Origin: Vicugna vicugna
Taxonomy: Eukaryota
NCBI GenBank assembly: GCA_013265495.1
Contig: MU058781.1
Location: forward strand, 4,899,050-4,963,049
Length of the DNA: 64,000 nucleotides
Direction: 5' to 3'
A model generated the notes under the pieces. The model searched no databases. It was not told where the DNA came from and saw only the letters and a list, made by a program, of their open reading frames with translations. Shown here one piece after another: positions 1 through 12,500 of this stretch. The position numbers and the translations under genes are program-made. How positions within the stretch are numbered: position 1 is the first letter of the stretch; each line of letters begins with the position of its first letter.

Positions 1-108
1 GATTGAATTTAGAGTTAAATAAAATATTTTAAAAATCTCACCTGCTTTAATAATTTTAATGTGGCTATTTGATAAAATTATTGCGTTATATTTCTGTTGG
101 ACAGCACT
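1..108. mobile_element. End of a hAT-Charlie MITE (MER33/MER3-like)
   Basis: ttttaatgtggcta...atatttctgttggacagcact resembles the MER3/MER33 terminal inverted repeat end. Confidence 0.55.
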
Positions 109-329
109 CATCTGTGTGCAAGGATCTCGGAGCACACCTGTGTCATTATGCCCTGAGTAAAGTGGACATATATTGAGGTATAATTAGCATGCTGTCCAAT
201 TCACCTGTTTCAGTTCTGTGACGTTGGATAAACGCATGTAACTTATCACAGTGAAGGGCCCCTTTGTAGTTAATCCGCTCTCTAACCAGTTCTTTTCTGG
301 ATTTCCTGTGACTTTTCTGGAATGTCTTA

Positions 330-929
330 GGTGGAATCACACAACACATAGCCTCTTGAGTGTAGTATATAGTTTCTTGATGTTTTTGAGATCCAGCAGT
401 GTCATTCGTATTAGAAGTTAATTTCTGTTGCTGAGTGGTGTTCTGTTGTTTGGCTGTGCCACAGTTTGTCTATCTGTTCATCAGTTCATGGACATTGGCA
501 GTTTTTGGTGATTGTGAATAGACCTGCTGTACATAGGTTTTTGTGAGGTGATGTTATTCATTGCTAGGTATTTATTGCTAGTGTGTGTTTAACTTTATAA
601 GAAAATACCAGTCTTTTCCAGAGTGACTGCTCTGTGCATTCCACAAGCAATGTATGAGGGTTCACTGCTTTGCTCTGGAGGGTTCATTTGTATTTGGTGT
701 TGTCAGCTTTTAAATTCCAGCCATTTTAATAGGTATGTAGTAGAATTTTACTGTGGTTTTAATTTGCGTTTTCCTGGTGACAAATAGATGTCGAGCATCG
801 TTCCATGTGTGTAATTTGCCCATTTAAAGTTGGGTTGTTTTCTTATCAAGTATTGAGAATTAAAAACAGATATGTTGTGGATGTGAATCTGTTATTAGAT
901 ATGTGTTTTGTACATATGTTCTTTTCCAG
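330..929 (-). mobile_element. Old L1 (L1M-type) fragment, antisense
   Basis: Typical antisense L1 phrases: ccattttaataggtatgtagtag, gtggttttaatttgcgttttcctggtgac, gatgtcgagcatc. Confidence 0.75.
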
Positions 930-1305
930 TATTAGTTTGCTCAGGGCTGTTTTAACAAGTACCAAGACCGGGTGGCTTAAACAATCAAAATTTACTTTGT
1001 CATAGTTATGGGGGCCAGAAATCTGAGCTCAGGTTTGTTACTTCTGGGGCTGCCTTTCTTCCTTGCTTTCTGGTTATCTTTTCCCTGTATCTTCACATTC
1101 TCTTTCCTCTGTCTGTGTGTGTTCAGTCTTCTTTTTATCAGGACACTGGTCATAATCCAGCGGGCTCCACCTTTAATGACCTCATTTTAACCCAGTCATC
1201 TCTTTATAGACGCTCTGTCTCCAAACACAGTCACATTCTGAGGTACTGGGGGTTAGGATAATTGAGGTTTTTTGGGGGGAGAGGAAATCACAACTCAGGC
1301 CATAC
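930..1305 (-). mobile_element. MLT1 (ERVL-MaLR) solo LTR
   Basis: attagtttgctcagggctg...gggtggcttaaacaa...aatgacctcattttaac...ccaaacacagtcacattctgaggtactgggggttagga are MLT1 hallmark phrases; about 375 bp. Confidence 0.85.
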
Positions 1306-1500
1306 CGTTTCTTGACATTCATTGTCATCTGTAGAACAGAACCATTTTTATTTGAATGAAGCCCAAATTATCTTCATCAGTTCCTCCTTTTTGTATCCTA
1401 AGAAATCTCATGGCCAGGATTGCCTCCTGTGTTTCCTCTAGGAGTTCAGTGCTGGGTTTTTAAAATTTATCCCATGACCACTTGGAGTTAAGTATGGTCC
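1306..1500 (-). mobile_element. Continuation of the L1 fragment interrupted by the MLT1 LTR
   Basis: tttttatttgaatgaagcccaaattatc...cctaagaaatct...tcctgtgtttcctctagg matches L1 antisense sequence expected after the 330-929 piece. Confidence 0.6.
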
Positions 1501-2799
1501 AAATAGTTGTGTGTGTTTGTTTATTTGTTTGTTTTGTTTTTTTGATGAGTCTCCTTTTATTTTTGATTTTAAACTCCTTTCCCTTTGATAGAGCATTTCA
1601 ACAGCACAGAAGGGAGTAAAGTTATAAATTCTCCACCCTGTCCAGTCTCTCCCTCTGTTTTTCTCTGTATTTGTATGTGTCTATAATTTCATTTTTCTCC
1701 TACCACAATTTTGAAACTTGCTTTTTTCACTTAATTCACAGCAGGCCCTCGAGTCTGTTGGGTCACATTCGAAAAGGTTGATGGGACCACAGAAGGCCTG
1801 TTACTGAGCCTGAGAGCCGCAGCTGCCAGCCGGGAAGGGTGTCCCGGTTTCACTCTGACATTCCTAGGTTGGAAGCCTGTAAGGGGAGGAGCTTGTGTAT
1901 CAGATACTTCTTGTACTGGGCATGGCTCAAATTATCTTTTTCACCAGCTGCACTATAGCCTCTGGTTTGCAGGTATTGGACTTGAAAAAAAAATTTTTTT
2001 TTGCACTATTGACTGCCAGGCTGCCCGTTTTCAGTCATTGATCATCCTCACAGGTCTGTCTTTTGATTTTTGCATTTTTTTGAGTAAATAGCTTGGTAGG
2101 CTTGATGCTTGTGGTGGGTTGTGGAGTCTCCTGGGTTCTGTTCCCCTTGACCCTTCACCCCGTCCCCTGAGAAGTCAGGTTCTTTCCTATTTACCCAACA
2201 GGCCCCTCACCTTCTCTTGCTTCCTCTTCAGATGCTCTTTTTCTTCCTATGCTTTCTTTTCGAAGACTTTAGAATCTGGACCTTGTACCTGAGCATGGTG
2301 TTTTGTTGTTTGTTTGTTTGTTTTGAACTTTGACCTGCACTAAGAAATTGAGTGTGACCTGTGCCCGTGCACACGTGCATACAACTGAAACACGTTTCGT
2401 GAAATTTAGCCTTATGTTCATTATCCACAGTGTACTTGGATCTGTCTACTGTTTTCCTATTTGAAGAAAAATGCTTGTCAGGAGACCCCATGTATTGATT
2501 TCCTATCAGGGACCAGCAGTCTAGAACACAGTGTTATCTTGGCTGTTCACCACTCGCCTTGGATTTCTGCACGTGAATGTTTAAAGGCACTTTGTACCAG
2601 GCCCTGCCACCCAGAGGCCCCACATTGTCACGGCGCTGTGTGCGGGAGAGGTGTCTAGGGTGACACTGTTCTTCTTTTGCCAACTTCGGGCGAACCTTGT
2701 GCTTCATTTCACTTCAAAGAAGAGGAGAGGGTCTTTGCTGGGCCTGGTCGCAGAAGTTCTGCCTTTTGCCATGGGCTTTCCCCTCTATCACGATCTCAG

Positions 2800-3270
2800 T
2801 GCCACCCAGGGGTCTGTGAGGTTCTTAGAGTCCCGTCTTGGGGAGTTCACAAGGTAAAAGTACTATAGTAACACCAAGGCATTGCCTTCCCTTTTCACTC
2901 TCATTTCTCTCAAATGTGCAGTGGGGCTTTCCAGACACTACGTGACCTGTGATAACGCAGCGGGTTGAATTCTGTTATGAGAATCCAGCTGATTTCTGTT
3001 ACAGCAGACATTAATGAGACTTGCCACATTGCCACCTTTTTCAGTAAATTTTTTTTTTTGGAAAATACAACTTTCATTGGAATGTTATTAACGTGTAAGG
3101 GTTTAATTATTTTCTAAATGAATTAATGTATATTTAAATGTTTTTTCACTTTAAACTTGAGTATCTTGTGTATCAATATCTAAATCTCTGTGCCATGTAA
3201 ACAGCTCACTGGATCCTCAGTAATTTTTCAGAGTTCCAAGAAATCCTGGGACCCAGCAGTGTGAGAATTT
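2800..3270. mobile_element. hAT-Charlie DNA transposon fragment
   Basis: ccttttcactctcatttctctcaaatgtgcagtggggctttccagacactacgtgac...atgagaatccagctg...cagacattaatgagacttgc resembles recalled Charlie-family internal sequence; subfamily not assigned. Confidence 0.6.
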
Positions 3271-4479
3271 TGTTTTCTCTATTTACTGGCTCTGTGGTTT
3301 GAAACCTTTTTTTTTTTCTTTCTTTTTTCTTAGAGGCGCAAACACCTTCCTTTAAAAAACATTTTATTATAGGAAATTGCCGGCATATGCAGAAGTAGTG
3401 ACAATAATATGCTACCATGCACCCATCTCCTGGCTCCAGCAGAATCCAAAGCGTGGTCAATTTGTTTCATTTATAACCTCTACTTCCACCCCTTTGGAGT
3501 GACTGTAAAAGCAGATTTCAAACATCATGTCATTTAATGTGTAAACATTCCATTATTAAACTTGAAGATGAGGATTCTATTTACAGAAGACATATCCATG
3601 ATACAGATAACATAAATAATAGTTTTTAACATGAAATAACTAGTCAGTGTTCAAATTCGCTGTCTATTTTAAAAAAGGCCGGTTTAAAATAAGGTCTGTG
3701 CAGTCAGATTGGTCGGTAAAAAATAAGTGTGTTACTAATCTAACACCCCACCGCTGTCCCCACCCACCCTGCAATTTGTCATTTGTTGAGGGGACAAGGG
3801 TCTCTAATCCCCAGGGGCACAACTTGTGAGTGTGTGGGTTTGTGGCCTTAGATGCCAGCAGCCTTTGGGAGAGATCGAAACACCATTGATGGGCTTTTGC
3901 TTTGAGGGGAGACTGGACGAGCCTTGGGTTTTTTTTCGTATCTCATTCTTGCCTTCTAATTAGCCTCCACTTCTCTCCCCAGGTGCAGAAGGTCCTCTGC
4001 ACATTTTCACATGTCAGTCCCTCACTTGCGCTGTTTTGGGAGCACAAGTTTATGGTATGTGTAGTGTTTGATATCTGGAAACTTCTGCAAGAGCCTCTGG
4101 GGTCTGCGGGTGGCACATGTTGTGGAGTGTGGTTGAGAGTGCTACCCTGACTGTCCACCTTGTGGGTGGGAAGTGACCGTGGGATCTTAGGTGGGTGCAA
4201 ACGTGAGTGAGGCAGAATCCACTGACCACCCCTTCCATTCTGATCCTAGTTGACCTGCGGTGCTTGGGGGAGCTGGGCTGGGGAGGAGAAAAGAGGACTG
4301 GGAAGGGTGGAGAGGATTTAGCACCTGTGAGCCATGGGGGGATCTTGTCAACACAGCCCTCATAGGATGGTAGAACTCTGGTTCTAGGGCAGTTTTTACA
4401 AAAATCACATTAATGTGCTTGGAGATGAATGGGGCTTACAGGGGGCCTCTATCTAACCTCTTTATTTTTACATTCTCAC

Positions 4480-4735
4480 CCTTCAAGATTCAGTGTCATT
4501 TCCTTTGTGAAGTCCTCTCTGTTTCCCCAATTAGATGCATCCTCCGTGCTGGTGTTACCTCGTGCTTATTCCTGTCACAGTGCAAGTCAAACAGGCTCTT
4601 AATTCTTGGTTTTCAGATGTGTCTTTCCCCCCAGTTCTGCCCCGGCCCCCTGTTGGTCCGTCCTGTTAGCTGAGTGCTGCTGAATATTTATTTACCACAT
4701 GCCTGGGTGTTCAATAAATGTTGGCTGAATAAAAG
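4480..4735 (+). mobile_element. L2 3' end fragment
   Basis: tcctttgtgaagtcctctct, and the terminal gttcaataaatgttggctgaataaa typical of the L2 3' end. Confidence 0.55.
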
Positions 4736-5004
4736 ACTCACCTGAGTGAAAGTTCATGAAGGGGAGATTCCTGGAGCTGTGAGGGTCAGCCTCCTGCAGC
4801 ATCCCAGGAGCCTCGTAGGTCCTGACATGCAGGTTGGTCCTGACATAGAGGTTCAGGAACAGCATTCTGAGCTCTCAGGAAGCAGAAAGAACTCTCCCGC
4901 CCAGGCACGCACCCGTGTGGAATTCAGGCAGCTCACAGAACTTCCACCAGCATCTCTAACCTCCCTGAAAGTCACTGGCGATCATACCTTGGTAGCTACT
5001 GTTT

Positions 5005-5340
5005 CCTGAGCACCTACTATGTGCCAGGCGCTCTGCTTCACATGTGTTGTTCCCACTTCAGCTCTGCTTGCATGGTGCTGTTTCTTTGTTCTGCTGCCTT
5101 CTATCTGTGGGAGTTGGGCAGGTTCCTTAAAGTCATGCCGAAAGTTGAGGGCAATAATAGTAAAGCTTATTATTTGCTGTTGTTGGAAGGATTAAGTGAT
5201 TATACGTGTGCAGTGCTTAGAATATAGCTAAAATGTACTGAATGCACCCTCCTGTTTTTACAGAAGAGGGATTTGAAGCATGAAACTGTTCATCCAAGTT
5301 GTCCAGAGTAATACTAATATTGCCCAAAAGCCAGGAGTGA
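5005..5340. mobile_element. MIR fragments
   Basis: tgagcacctactatgtgccaggcgct; ttgggcaggttccttaa...ggattaagtgattatacgtgtgcagtgcttagaa; ctgtttttacagaagagg. Confidence 0.6.
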
Positions 5341-6686
5341 GAGCACACATACAGTCATAGTGAGACTGTGTGCACCCTGTGACCTCAAAGCAAGAAATGC
5401 AGATTGTCAAGACACCCCACCCCTCATTCCAAATCGATAGCAGCGTGGGTTTTAAGGGACGAGGGCTGTTGCTGCTGTAGGATGGTTACTCGTCAGGTGT
5501 GTAGAGTTGTCAGGTGTCCATTAGATCGCTCGCTTGAGAGGCCCTCGCCCAGCGAGGATGGACTGGGGGCACGCATGGAGCCGGTGTACGAGAGACCAGC
5601 CTGGAAAGCCAAAGACGTGACTGTAGGCTTCCAAATGTGATACCCGTGAAATGGGTTTTTTTTTTTCCCCTCCTAGGTTCTCATTTTCCCCTTGGGACCA
5701 GGGAAGTATCTGTACCCCACTGTAAACTCACTGGTTCAAAGAATTATCTAGGTCAGAAACAGTTCAGGAGCCCAAAGAAACAGTCTGTATATTGATGCTT
5801 GATTTTACTGAGGGAGAAACAAATGTCCTCATAATATGTTTGCATTATTTGGGGATCCCCTTAGCCCTGCAGTTCCCTGCTTAATCTTCCTCCTGCTGTC
5901 CCTTGGGACTCTGGCCTAGGCTGCTTCTGCTTAGTGATTGTGATTAATCCTGCCAGAGGAGGGCAGCGGAAGGGGATGGGTGTGGGTGGGACTGGGGAGG
6001 AATGGACCCAGGGAAGCCGGCTGCTGCCAGGTCCGTGGTAGGGTGTAGGGGGAGAGTGGACAACCTGCCTTGATGTGACAGGGGTTTGGGCGCGATGGAG
6101 GTGATGTGCTGAAATGAACACCCTTATGATCCTGCCCCTTCACTCGTGACCAGCGTACTGAATCATATGACGGCCTTGTGGACTGTTTCTTTCCTCATTT
6201 GAGGGTGCCCAGATTAGCTAGCATCTCCCCTTTGTGAACAAGACCTTCCATCTTTAATATGCAGCTTAAACCGCTTAACACTCTGTCTAGCTTGTGAACG
6301 TCAGGCGGCTCATTTGGATTTTGTTTCCAGACTGATGTCAGAGTTGTTGTGCAGTGTTAGCAAAGTTACTGGGTTTTATTTTAAGATGTTTTCTGCTTTT
6401 GCTCATCCATGGAATACCTTTATGTTTCCTGGGGGAGGAAAATAAAGAACACGAGTCCTGTGCAGGGTTGCAAATGTTTATTTTTGGGGGGGAATAATCT
6501 TTGTAAGATGTTGTTAGAGGTTTGTGTTGTTTCGAGGTCTGATGATTTGAAAATTTTACCTTGTATAATTATTGACGCACATCTCAGTGCTGCTCAGCAA
6601 AATAGGTGTTTAGCATCTTGCCTTAGTTTTTCTTGAGTTTTTTTTTTTTTTTTGGTTTTTTAATTAAACTTGGCATTTGTTTAAGG

Positions 6687-6749
6687 NNNNNNNNNNNNNN
6701 NNNNNNNNNNNNNNNNNNNNNNNNNNNNNNNNNNNNNNNNNNNNNNNNN
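6687..6749. other. Assembly gap (63 N)
   Basis: Run of N seen directly. Confidence 0.99.
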
Positions 6750-8794
6750 TTTTTTTTTTTTTTTGGTTCTTTAATTAAACTTGGCATTTGTTTAAGGAAT
6801 ATGTTATGATTTCTTTGGCCATGACCTAGAAAAAATGACATGTATGTGCTCAGTGAATTCTGGTGAGAACTTTTCTATCCGCTCCCCGTCCCCTTTATTA
6901 TTATTATTTTTTTATTTCACAAGTCAGGCTGTAACTTTAAAAGAAACTGTAGGAGCTGTTCCCCAGGTTATTCACAAAATGAGTCTTTGTCTGCTTTTTC
7001 ATTCACCATCTGGTTACAAAGCTAAATTGGAATCGTGCTTGTTTTAATTATTTTCTACTTGTGTGGCCAGGAGGTTATTTGGTCTGGCGAGGTTACACTG
7101 TAAGCTCGCGCTCTCATTAATACCACCGCATCCACATCCTGCACCAGCACCAGAATGGTTAAGTTGATCCACTTGTGTGGCCAGCGCTTGATACAACACA
7201 GTGGTCAGGACTTAAAATTACCAGAGGAAATGTGGTGTCAGTGTGTGGGTTTTTCCCCCCCCTTCTTCTTTTTCTTCTTTTTTTTTTTAAATTTCCAATA
7301 ATGTTAATTGAGTACATTCTTCTTCCAACAGAAATATGATTATAAATGGCTTAGGTTGGCAACCTTAGATTAGTGCATGGTGTTATTAAAGGGATACGGT
7401 GTGTATTTAAAATATTGGTAAAATAAGAAATTATTCAAAACACATTTTGAACACTCCACAGCATGAATAATGGAAATAGTGTAGTCAGAAACCTTACTAT
7501 TCAGTTATTTTTGGTGAATCAGCCAAAAGATGCAAGTATTGTAAAGAGGTATTGTTTAATACTAGGAAAGTGACATAAAAAGATTTCTTAAAAACAAAAA
7601 AATTTCTCCCTCACTTCTGTACTTTCCTGCTTGGGAAGATTGAATACTGAAAAACTTGAGTTTTTTTAGATGATTTTTATTCACAGTTCTGTGAAATGTT
7701 GTTGTTTGTTGTAATAAAGTAATTGTTTTTTAAGATAGTCTGATAAGCGCTTACATATGTAACTTACAGATTCATTAAAATAGGTAATGAAATTTACATC
7801 TCCAATGGCTTGTGAAGTCGGTAGTAGTTTTGTCCCCCCCAGTCTCCATTTAAAAAGCAAGACAAGCGTGTAGTCTAATATTGCGAAAGGAAAGCAGAAA
7901 AAGGTCCTGCAGAAATACTTGAAGTAGTCCATTTAAGCAAGAGTTTACAAAACACCCTGAGACTTGGGAGCGTATTTGCTGAGGTAGCTTGTTAACAAAT
8001 GCATACTCTGGCATAAGGGCTGGAGCCGGGTCATGACCGAAAATACTTGGAAAGGCTGGTGAGAAGAAGTACTGCCAGACTAAAACCCAGTATCTCTAAT
8101 TCAGCCATACATCAGACTGTAGAGGAGGGAGGGCGTGGAAGGATTACAACAGGCCAGGAAAGAAAGGCCTGCAAAGAAGGATGAGAATATTCGTACGAAA
8201 TTACTTCATTGATAATTTATTGATACTTTACAGGAAAGGGGTTAAATGGTTATTTGAGAAAAACAAATTAGCAATTTGCTTCATGAGTTTAATTTTTTAA
8301 GATCTATCTGAATAGTAATTGGAGCTCAAACTTGTCACACAGTTCCTTTTGTCAGTTAATCAAAATACATTGTGTAATAGTGTTAACGTAAGAGACTCAA
8401 ACCCAGATCTTTATTTTCATTTCGTTATACTGGCTGGTCTTTTACAGCAGCACCGCGGAGAAACAGTTTTATTATGTGGAAGGAGTAACATTTAAAAGTC
8501 CCTCTTCTAAAGTTTCTGTAACTTCGTGAAACTCCTGAAGGAGTATGTGTGGTGGTCACTTCAGCTCCAGAAGAGCCCAGGGTGTCGTAGATTTGGTGGA
8601 TGCTTGTCGCACAGGTGCTGTTGGCCTCCTCTGAGTTGTGAGAAGAATTGAGGGTTTCACTCTTTAGAAACTGCAGAGCTGGAAACAATTCTTTGTGTGG
8701 ATTTACTTTGAAAGACAGGCAGATCCAAATTGGGGAAATAGACACAAGTTCTTGTGTTTTAACACATACACATTTCCTAAGCCGATTCCTGCTT

Positions 8795-9590
8795 TTGTTT
8801 TTAAATAACAGCTTTATTGAGATATAGTCCATGTACCCAAAAATGTACCCGTTTAAAAATTCTGTGGTTTTTTTCTTAAAGTGTATTCACAGAGTTATGC
8901 AACCATCACCACTATCTAATTTCAGGACATTTTCGTCATCCCTGAAAGATACGTCATACACACCCAGTAGCGGTCACTGCCCATTCCCTGCCTCCCCCCA
9001 GGCCCTGGCAGTCACTGCTGTCCTCTCCGTTGCTATGGATATGCCTATTCTGGACATTTCATAAAAATGGAATTGTGCAATTTGTGGCCCTTTGTGTCTG
9101 GCTTCTTTGACTTGTCATGATGTTTTTGAGGTTCATCTATGTTTTACCACAAACCAGTACTTCATTTCTCCCCTGCTTTTAATTTCTTTTTAAAATGTGA
9201 TGAAATATACATAACAAAATGTCCCATTTTAACCACTTTTAGGAATATAATTCAGTGGCATTGACAACATTCAGTGGACAATCATCACCGATTGATTTTC
9301 TAGAATTCATTATAAATAATGCTGCTATGAACTTCGGTGTACAAGATTTTGTCTGGAAAGAGGTTTTTTTTTTTTTTTTGGTGGGAGTGAAATTGATTGG
9401 TCGTGTGGTAGCTACATATGTCTTTTGTACATCTTTATTGGAGAAATGCCTATTCCTTTGTGCATTTTTTGATTGGGTTGTCTGTCTTTTTATTATTAAG
9501 TTGTAAGAATTCTTTATTTTGGGTACAGATCCCTTATGATACATGATTTACCAATAATGTAAATGTAATTAATTTCTTCCCCGTTGTCAT
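8795..9590 (-). mobile_element. L1MB-like 3' end fragments, antisense
   Basis: aacagctttattgagatatagt...agttatgcaaccatcaccactatctaatttcaggacattttc...tatgcctattctggacatttcata...aataatgctgctatgaac. Confidence 0.8.
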
Positions 9591-12500
9591 GGAAATAGGG
9601 GTATGTTGGATGCCCCCTTTTCCTTAAGTCCATTTGAGTGAGTTTTGGTATTTGCAGAAAGGATAATAGCTGGTTCAGCATCCAGATTTGTTGAGGAATA
9701 TGTAGGTGAAAAAGAAAGAAACTGAGGTTGAGTTCTGTGTTGTCAACAGACATGAGAGTCCGAGTTGGTGCCGCAGCCCACAAATGCTCAGGGAGTGTTA
9801 GGTCAAGGGTAACATCCCCCTGAGGTGGTAGGACAGAGTTCCAACCAGTGCAGAAGGAATCTGTCATATGCAGGACATTCTGGAGGAGAGGAACAGTGTT
9901 TTTGTTGTTGTTATTGTTTGGTTTTTGAAAGTCTGTGGTTATTGATAAGGAAGGATACACAGAACACATTAAGTGGGCAAACCTTTACAGTACAGCTCTT
10001 TACAGAGGGGAAGACCACAGCCCCAAAGGCAGGCTGGCTCTGTACAGGCAGAGGTGTTTCTCGGAGCACGTGTAAGGACAGATTTGCAAACAGGAATTGA
10101 TCTGACAGCGTGAAGACACGGCAGCCTTCTCTAATTAAAGCCTCTTGATGACATTAAGCTGTGTTGCTTAATTACAATAAATCATACATTAACAGATCAC
10201 CTCTCCGAAGAGCACATTGTCGTGTGCTGCATAATGGAACAAAATGTGACCTTGTCATCGTGGGGGTTCCTGCGAGGGGATGGCTCTTGTCGCCCAGGGG
10301 AATGCAAGCCCTACTTGAGTTACTTTGGATAGTAACTCTCAGAGAATGCACCCTGATAATTCTGTTTATAAATGAAGATGCTTTTTATATAGATACGTGC
10401 TGTAAAATGTAAGGCCGTTTTATATACATTGAAGGAGAATAGAGTTTTCATCCCCTGTGTGTTTTCGCAGCCACTTAATTTTCTGACTCGCTTTTAATTT
10501 TCATGCTGGTCTGGGCTTGGCTTGACCTAACTTCCACAGTGTTTTCTGCAGGCTCCTCCGACAAAGCGCTTGTTTCTTTCCCCTCCTTCAAGCAGCACTT
10601 GGAGCCGGCTGACTACCAGATGGATCAAGCAGGTATTGGCTATTTTTACATTTGAGCATCTGGTAGACATTATATCATGTTCTGTACGGCTTTCTTAGAT
10701 TCTTAATACTGAAATACTTGGGATAGTGTAGACCTGTAGAAACAGAAGACCTTTTTGAAACTCAGCATGAGGTAACAATAAAATAAGGGCTAATGTGAGA
10801 CTGGGAAAATTCTAGTTCCTGTTAATAACCGACTCTTACCACCAGTTCAAGAACTGGAACATAATGACACCATGTAGGCTCCCGAAGGCTGCTGTTAATT
10901 TATTTTCATTGGTTTAATTTTCAACAGTTAATGGTATTAAACCAGTGGGGTATATTTAATTTCTCCTTAATGCAGACTGTTAGACTCGCCAGCCCTTTTT
11001 CTTCTCTTGATCTTATAAATGGCAGCTGAAAGTCGGTACATCTTAGCTGTGTGCATACAACCAGAGGGGACCCCAGAGAGTGCTCTGTCCACACCCCTCG
11101 TGTTGCACACAGCAGTGTCAGAGACATCAGGGTTTCCTTACTTTTCGGCAGAGGTCTGCCCTGAGCCCAGATGTCTTAGGCCAGGCCCAGGCCCCTTTCT
11201 GTGCTGTAGTGTTAACCTCTTACAGCGTTGGACACATTTGCTTGTTCTTCCTGCAAGTGCTCTCTCCTGTCTTTGCACCTGGGACGCCATTTTCCTCTTC
11301 CTTTATTCTCTTCCTGTCTCTGACCATCTCTGGCTGCAGTTCCTCTTTCTCTGCTCACCCCTTGACAGTGAGCTGTCCCTGAGCATCTCGTCTCGTGGTG
11401 TCTGCTGTCCTTGCAAGGCCCCCCAGCTCTTTATTCATAGTCATTTCTCTAAGCTCCAGCCATTCCTCTTTGACTGCCCACTGTTGCTGTTGGACAGCAT
11501 TCAGAACAGGCTCCTCCTCCTCCTGGTAGAAGCCGCTGTCCCCCCATGGCCCCTCATTGTGCTGGACGGCATCCAGGTGGCTGGGCTTCTGTCTCTGAAA
11601 CTGTAAAAAATGAGGGAAGAGTTGAGGGGCATTGGGTAGATTGCCTTTGGGAGGGAAGGAAAAACACGTCAAGTCTGACTTCTAGTTATACGTTTTGTGG
11701 CGCTGTTTCTAAAATTTCAGTTTGTTGTTTAGATATCCAAGGATTAAATGTTTTGGCTTTTCAAGTTTTGGAATGAATTATTTCTGTCAACCCCAGAATT
11801 TAATAATTGCTAACATTTAGTTAGAACTGTAGTATATACTTTTTAAGCATACGCTGAAAACAACATTTGTAAATTCCTGTAGACAATGATAGATACTAAG
11901 GCTTTTGTAAGGAAACCATTTTGCCTGGGGAAAGAATGTTCTACTAATTCCCAAATGTTGAAAACTGCTCTCTGGAGCTTATTAAAAACACACCCCTCTC
12001 TGTGTTCCGTTTCAGCATTTGGTTCACTGGTAAAATACAGCGTTATGGTTTTGTTTTTTTTTTTAAGTAAAGTAAAAATTTTAGGTGTAGACTGTTTTAT
12101 CATGCTCTGTAGGTTGTGACGTGCAGTCAGGACTGGGAGCCAGCACTGGACTTTTACGAGATTTCTTTTGCCAGCCAAGGGTTAACTTATTTTCTGTACT
12201 GAGTGTGGTTCCGTAGGTCACATGTAAAAATCAGTTTGTTACTTCTAATCACCCCTCTTATATGCATTCCAGATAACAGGGTTATCTCTGTTAGAGTGCC
12301 GATGCTGTGTTCTGATGCCATGACTCTAAGGTTGTTAGAGTCAGGACTCATTACACGTGCCTGTAAGTACCTGGCGGGTCTCTCTTCTTTGTATGTGGCT
12401 ACTGTAGTTCTTAATTTTACAGAGGGAGGAAACCGATGACCAGTGAGGTCACACAGCAGATAAAATCATGGCTGCTTTCTGGGTCTGATACTGATTATGT

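Noticed and set aside
11019..11606. 195-aa ATG ORF
   Set aside because: Leu/Ser/Cys-rich translation of a pyrimidine-rich stretch, no domain or splice context recognised.
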